DNA of 64,000 nucleotides from NCBI GenBank assembly GCA_026415775.1, contig JAOAGL010000001.1, positions 206,233-270,232 on the forward strand, given 5' to 3'. A model generated the notes under the pieces. The model saw only the letters and a program-made list of their open reading frames with translations, had not been told where the DNA came from and made no database searches. Below are positions 58,946 to 64,000 of this stretch, piece by piece. Every line of letters begins with the position of its first letter. The first letter of the stretch is position 1. The translations under genes and the position numbers were made by a program. The DNA is from Patescibacteria group bacterium. Lineage in GTDB: Bacteria; Patescibacteriota; Minisyncoccia; UBA6257; JAAZHW01.

Positions 58946-61444
58946 TTATTTAATACTTTGTTGTAATTTTTTAAGATAAAAACCAGTATAAGAATTTTTA
59001 TTTTTGGCTACTTCTTCGGGGGTGCCAGTTGCGATAATTCTTCCTCCTTTTTCGCCGCCTTCAGGTCCTAAATCAATAATATAATCGCAGGCATTGATAA
59101 AATAGAGATTATGTTCCACAACAATAATTGTGTTTCCTCTTTCAACAAGCTTTTGTAAAATTTTTAGAAGCAATTCAATATCATAATAATGAAGACCAAC
59201 GGTTGGTTCGTCTAAAAGATAAATAGTTTTAGTGGCATTTTGAGATAGCTCTTTTGCTAATTTAATTCTTTGTGCTTCGCCACCTGATAATGTTGTAGCG
59301 TTTTGTCCTAATTTAATATAACCCAACCCCATTTCTTTTAAAATTTTTAATTTAGAAGCAATATCATAGATGTCAGCGAAAAATTCCAACGCTTCATCAA
59401 CAGTTAAATCTAATACATCTGCAATACTTTTTCCTTGATATTTAACTTCCAACGTTTCGCGATTAAAACGGCGCCCTTTGCAAATTTCGCATTGAACTAA
59501 AATAGGCGGTAGAAAATGCATTTCAACTAATTTATACCCAGCACCTTCGCAAGCTTCACAGCGCCCGCCTTTTACATTAAATGAAAAACGACTTTTAGTA
59601 TAACCACGCGCTCGCGCATCTTCTAATGAAGCAAAGAAGTCGCGAATAGGAGTAAAGACGCCGGTGTAAGTAGCAGGATTTGAGCGGGGTGTTCGTCCAA
59701 TTGGACTTTGGTCAATACGAACTATTCTTCTAATATATTCGGTGCCGAATATTTTTGATGCGTATTCCATTGGCTCGGTAAAACGTCCCAGTTGGTGATT
59801 AATGCTTTTGTAAATAACTTCCATTAATGACGATTTACCACTGCCTGAGACTCCAGTAATAGCAATCTGTTTTCTTAATGGAATTTCAACATTAATATTT
59901 TTTAAATTATTTAGTTTGGCGCCGATTATTTTAATTGTTTCAGTTAATTTGGTGCGACGCGGTGGCACGGGAATTTTTCTTTCTCGTCGTAAATATTCCA
60001 ATGTTAAAGAGTGGATTTTTTTATCATTGAGTAGTTTTTTTGTTTCACCTGCAGCCACTATTTTTCCACCATTAACACCAGCGCCAGGTCCTAAATCAAC
60101 TAGATAATCTGATTCAGCAATTGTTTTTTCATCATGTTCCACAACAATAATAGTATTATTTAAAGCTTTAATTTTTTTGAGTGTGTTTAATAATTTATCT
60201 GTATCGCGTTCATGTAAACCTATAGTGGGTTCATCCAAGACATATAAAGTGTTAGACAATTTAGAACCTAATTGTGAGGCTAAGCGAATACGTTGAGCCT
60301 CACCACCAGATAGCGTTTCTGCTTCACGATGTAAAGTAATATAATCCAAACCAACTTCTAACAAAAATCCTAATCGGTTTAAAATTTCGTTTATTAGTCC
60401 TTCGGCGATGATTTTTTGTTTTTGGGAAAGTTTATCAATTAAATTGATAAAAAATTCATAGCAATCTTCAATGGTTAGACTAACTATATCCCAAATATTT
60501 TTTCCATTAATTTTTACTGCTAATGCCTCAGGTTTTAATCTTTTGCCATGGCAATCAGGACAAATAGTTTCAAGAAAAACATCTTCTTTGCCTAATCCAT
60601 GACAAGTGGGGCAAGCACCATAAGGACTATTAAAAGAAAAAAGACGAGGTTCTATTTCGGGGAATGAAAATCCATCATTGGGACAACTAAAACGCGAAGA
60701 ATACAAAATTGTTTGTTCGGGTTGAGAGGGGAAGAGAATATCTATAAGTCCATTGCTGTATTCCAAAGCTAATTCAATGGCTTCAAATAATCTGGAGGAA
60801 TCATTAATAGGCACTCGGTCAATAACAATTTCAATAGTGTGGATTTTATAACGAGATAAAACAATTTGGTCATGAAGTGAATGAAGTTTTCCATCAATGA
60901 TAGCTTCGGAAAACCCTTTATTTAAGAAATCATAAAGCAATTGATAATATTCTCCTTTGCGACCATAAACAACGGGTGATAAAACGGTTACATAATTGAT
61001 TTTTAACTCCTTAGCTTTACTAATAATTAAATCAAAAATTTCTTCGGTGGATAATTTTTCAATTGGTGTGCCGCAAATAGGGCAGTGGGGTTTTCCAATG
61101 CGAGCAAAAAGAACGCGCAAGTAATCATAAATTTCAGTAAGAGTGCCAACAATAGAACGTGGATTGTGAGAAAGAGCTTTTTGATTTATGGCGATTGCTG
61201 GTGAAAGTCCTTCAATATCATCAACATCAGGTTTTTCCATTTGGCCCAAAAATTGTCTTGCATATGGGGAGAGTGATTCAATATATCTTCTTTGGCCTTC
61301 AGCAAAAAGCGTATCGAAAGCTAGTGAAGACTTTCCAGAGCCAGAGAGGCCAGTAAAAACAATTATTTTATTTTTAGGCAATTCCAGATTAATATTTTTT
61401 AAATTGTGAGTGCGAGCATCTTTAATTTTTATTTTTTCTTCCAT
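58946..61444 (-). CDS. uvrA: Excinuclease ABC subunit A
   Basis: GLSGSGKSSLAFDT, LSGGEAQRI twice, FSFNVKGGRCEAC. Confidence 0.98.
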   Translation of the reverse strand: MEEKIKIKDARTHNLKNINLELPKNKIIVFTGLSGSGKSSLAFDTLFAEGQRRYIESLSPYARQFLGQMEKPDVDDIEGLSPAIAINQKALSHNPRSIVGTLTEIYDYLRVLFARIGKPHCPICGTPIEKLSTEEIFDLIISKAKELKINYVTVLSPVVYGRKGEYYQLLYDFLNKGFSEAIIDGKLHSLHDQIVLSRYKIHTIEIVIDRVPINDSSRLFEAIELALEYSNGLIDILFPSQPEQTILYSSRFSCPNDGFSFPEIEPRLFSFNSPYGACPTCHGLGKEDVFLETICPDCHGKRLKPEALAVKINGKNIWDIVSLTIEDCYEFFINLIDKLSQKQKIIAEGLINEILNRLGFLLEVGLDYITLHREAETLSGGEAQRIRLASQLGSKLSNTLYVLDEPTIGLHERDTDKLLNTLKKIKALNNTIIVVEHDEKTIAESDYLVDLGPGAGVNGGKIVAAGETKKLLNDKKIHSLTLEYLRRERKIPVPPRRTKLTETIKIIGAKLNNLKNINVEIPLRKQIAITGVSGSGKSSLMEVIYKSINHQLGRFTEPMEYASKIFGTEYIRRIVRIDQSPIGRTPRSNPATYTGVFTPIRDFFASLEDARARGYTKSRFSFNVKGGRCEACEGAGYKLVEMHFLPPILVQCEICKGRRFNRETLEVKYQGKSIADVLDLTVDEALEFFADIYDIASKLKILKEMGLGYIKLGQNATTLSGGEAQRIKLAKELSQNATKTIYLLDEPTVGLHYYDIELLLKILQKLVERGNTIIVVEHNLYFINACDYIIDLGPEGGEKGGRIIATGTPEEVAKNKNSYTGFYLKKLQQSIK

Positions 61445-61445
61445 A

Positions 61446-63275
61446 CTATTTCAAATCTTCTTTATCAATTAATTCGACAATAGCTTTTTGAATGCTTTGG
61501 GGAGTAATATGATGTTTTTTGTTATATTCAAGCTGAATTTTTCTTCGACGTATAGCTTCGGTAAGTGCTTTTTTAATAGAACCAGTAATTGTGTCGGCAT
61601 AAAGTATAATTTTCCCTTTAACATTTCTAGCAGCTCGCCCCATTAATTGAATTAAAGAAACCTCGCTTCGCAAAAATCCTTCACGATCAGCATCTAAAAT
61701 TGCTACAATTTCTACTTCGGGCAAATCCAATCCTTCGCGCAAAAGATTAACCCCGATTAAAACATCAAAATCACCGCGTCTAAATGCTGTCAAAATCTCT
61801 GCTCGTTCAATGGTTTTTGTGTCAGAATGCATATAATTTGCTTTTATGTTCAAATTGTTTAAATAATCCGTTAATTCTTCCGCTGTTTTTTTAGTTAATG
61901 TGTTAATAAGAATTCTTCCGCCAGTCTGAACTACTTTTTTAATTTCAGTAATAATATCGTCAATCTGACTTAGATTTTTCTTTTTGTCAAAAACTGGACG
62001 AATTTCAATAGGCGGATCGACAAGAAAAGTTGGACGAATAATTTGTTCAACAATTTGTTGCGAATTTTTTATTTCAAATGGACCAGGTGTTGCTGAAGTG
62101 AAAATGATATGATTAGTGCGCTCAAGAAATTCTTTAAATTTTAATGGGCGATTATCTAAGGCCGAAGGCAGACGAAAGCCATATTCCACAAGTGTTTCTT
62201 TGCGCGAACGGTCACCTTCATACATTCCGCGAAGTTGTGGTACAGCAATATGTGATTCATCAATAATTGTCAAAAAGTCAGGTTGGCCATTTTTATAAGG
62301 AAAATAAGACAAAAGAGTTTCTGGTGGTTCGCCAGGTAATTTATTAAGTAAATGACGGGAATAATTTTCAATTCCGTGACAATAACCTAAATTTTTTATC
62401 ATCATCAAATCATTAAGTGTTCGTCTTTCTAGTCGTTCAGCTTCTAAAAATTTTTTTTGTTTTTTAAAGAAATTTACTCGTTCTTTTAATTCTTCTTTTA
62501 TATTTTGGATAGCTTGTTCACGTTGGGGAAGAGTAGAGATGAAATGTTTAATGGGGAAAATAATCAGCTCATTTAATTCTTGTTGAATTTTTCTGGTTAT
62601 GGGGTCAATAATAGATAATTGAGAAATTTTTTGGTTTTTTAATTCAATGCGTTGAATTACTTCGCCAGAGGCTGGTATTAATTCAAAAACATCACCCCGC
62701 ACCCGAAAAACACCACGTTTTAAATCTCCATTTGTTCTCTCAAAATGAATTTTTATTAATTGTTTGATTAAGTCGTTGCGGGTTATCGGTTGATTGAGTT
62801 CCAAATGAATAGCCGCACTGAAATAATTGGATGGGAGACCAAGATTATAGATGCACGAGACAGAAGCGACAATAATAACATCTTTTCTTTTTAATAAAGC
62901 CGATGTGGCCTTGTGACGCAGACGATCAATTTCTTCATTAATTACTGCTTCTTTGGCAATATAAGTGTCAGTTAGGGGAATATAAGCTTCTGGTTGATAA
63001 TAATCGTAGTAAGAAACAAAATAACAAACTTCATTTTCAGGAAAGAAATTTTTGTATTCACGATAAAGTTGGGCAGCCAGGGTTTTATTGGGAGCAATAA
63101 CTAAGACAGGTTTGTTAAATTCGCGGATAACATTAGCTATCGTAAAAGTTTTGCCACTTCCTGTAACGCCTAAAAGTGTTTGAAAGGGATAATTTTTCTT
63201 TAAGCCATTAATAAGTTGTTTGATGGCTTTTGGTTGGTCGCCTGCTGGTTTGTATGGTGATTTAAGTTTAAACAT
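61446..63275 (-). CDS. uvrB: Excinuclease ABC subunit B (C-terminally short)
   Basis: GDQP, GVTGSGKT, YYDYYQPEAY, DESH, NLLREGLD, GRAARN; start ATG 63275. Confidence 0.98.
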   Translation of the reverse strand: MFKLKSPYKPAGDQPKAIKQLINGLKKNYPFQTLLGVTGSGKTFTIANVIREFNKPVLVIAPNKTLAAQLYREYKNFFPENEVCYFVSYYDYYQPEAYIPLTDTYIAKEAVINEEIDRLRHKATSALLKRKDVIIVASVSCIYNLGLPSNYFSAAIHLELNQPITRNDLIKQLIKIHFERTNGDLKRGVFRVRGDVFELIPASGEVIQRIELKNQKISQLSIIDPITRKIQQELNELIIFPIKHFISTLPQREQAIQNIKEELKERVNFFKKQKKFLEAERLERRTLNDLMMIKNLGYCHGIENYSRHLLNKLPGEPPETLLSYFPYKNGQPDFLTIIDESHIAVPQLRGMYEGDRSRKETLVEYGFRLPSALDNRPLKFKEFLERTNHIIFTSATPGPFEIKNSQQIVEQIIRPTFLVDPPIEIRPVFDKKKNLSQIDDIITEIKKVVQTGGRILINTLTKKTAEELTDYLNNLNIKANYMHSDTKTIERAEILTAFRRGDFDVLIGVNLLREGLDLPEVEIVAILDADREGFLRSEVSLIQLMGRAARNVKGKIILYADTITGSIKKALTEAIRRRKIQLEYNKKHHITPQSIQKAIVELIDKEDLK

Positions 63276-63436
63276 AATAGGGAATTGACCCACCTTCGAT
63301 TTCTCTAGGGGGTACGGTATCAGTATAATTATTTTTCTAAAATAAACAAGAAAAACTTGATTTTTGCAGAAAAATTATTAAAAATAATTTTAATACTTTT
63401 TTGTTTCTAATTTTGACAAAGGTCGTTTGAAAGATA

Positions 63437-63625
63437 ATGACTATGGCCAAAATAGGGAAACAAAGAAGAAAATTACAGATTCGCTTAAGGCAAAAGCGAC
63501 GCGAGACAATTAAAAAATTAAAGGAAGCTTATAAAAAGGCAGCTACTAAAGAGGAAAAAGAAAAAATTATTGAAAAATTTAGAAGAAAACTTCCACATTT
63601 AAACCCAGCTGATTATTTAAAATAA
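63437..63625 (+). CDS. Small basic protein (possibly DUF6800-like)
   Basis: Lys/Arg-rich helical 62 aa with terminator downstream; family recalled from memory only. Confidence 0.6.
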   Translation: MTMAKIGKQRRKLQIRLRQKRRETIKKLKEAYKKAATKEEKEKIIEKFRRKLPHLNPADYLK

Positions 63626-63656
63626 AAAAATTCCGGTTATTCGACCGGAATTTTTT
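63625..63656. terminator. Bidirectional terminator
   Basis: aaaaaattccggt-tattcg-accggaatttttt. Confidence 0.7.
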
Positions 63657-64000
63657 CATAAAAAATAAAAACTTTCGTTCTTTTGTTTATAATTTTTTGA
63701 GCTAATTTTTCCACATCTTTGTTGTACATTCTAATACAACCGCTGCTGGCATATGTTCCGATTGATTTTGGGTCATTGGTGCCGTGAATTCGATAAATCG
63801 ATTCTTGACCGTCGAAGGCCAGATAAATTGCTGCTACCCCTAAAGCATTTTGAGGATGACCTGGTGGAACAACATCAGGGAGAATGATATTATATTTTCT
63901 CTGGTAGTTTAATTTGATATTCTCCGTGGGTCGCCACGTGGGATGAAAGACAACTCGAGAAACTTCGCCAATTCTGGGCAATGGTCTCAAGTAATTAATA
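63637..64000 (-). CDS. L,D-transpeptidase (YkuD), probably 5'-truncated by the window edge
   Basis: [30 protein letters not shown]. Confidence 0.9.
   Translation of the reverse strand, partial: INYLRPLPRIGEVSRVVFHPTWRPTENIKLNYQRKYNIILPDVVPPGHPQNALGVAAIYLAFDGQESIYRIHGTNDPKSIGTYASSGCIRMYNKDVEKLAQKIINKRTKVFIFYEKIPVE

Noticed and set aside
63290-63340. LexA/SOS box upstream of uvrB
   Set aside because: No recognisable palindromic LexA consensus was seen
1-64000. Alternative genetic code (UGA=Gly, as in Gracilibacteria/SR1)
   Set aside because: Conserved genes are full length under code 11, and TGA serves as a stop (for example 15263, 20157, 20504)

Overview
AT-rich bacterial chromosomal segment that most resembles a Patescibacteria/CPR (Parcubacteria-like) genome. 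This is an inference from the compact proteins, the near absence of Shine-Dalgarno sites, split ComEC, N-terminally truncated RF1 and CPR-type surface proteins. Most of the window is housekeeping: rpoB end and rpoC, rpsO-NYN-pnp, xer, nusA-tig-clpP, rplS, ychF, rbfA, yvcK-comEC, corA, rpsL-rpsG-fusA, ileS-truB-cysS, rplY, prfA, rpmE, rpsB-tsf, rpmG, secG, rnj, uvrBAC and 8 tRNAs. An accessory block at about 33.2-42.2 kb holds the top candidate for a new system: an unannotated 56-aa Cys-rich ORF (33300-33470) with its own promoter, followed by an ABC-F ATPase and a radical SAM enzyme with an N-terminal RRE/PqqD-like domain and C-terminal Twitch/SPASM-type cysteines. Together they look like a RiPP gene cluster with possible ribosome-protection self-resistance. 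Other highlights: a head-to-head Elp3 and Trm9/ALKBH8-like methyltransferase pair whose start codons overlap (eukaryote-style mcm5U wobble pathway), an outer-membrane beta-barrel-like gene in a presumed monoderm, matching loss of the UVR domains in UvrB and UvrC, a recurrent RGTCG motif upstream of start codons, and several possible attenuator hairpins. All calls were made by eye from motifs; no database searches were run.
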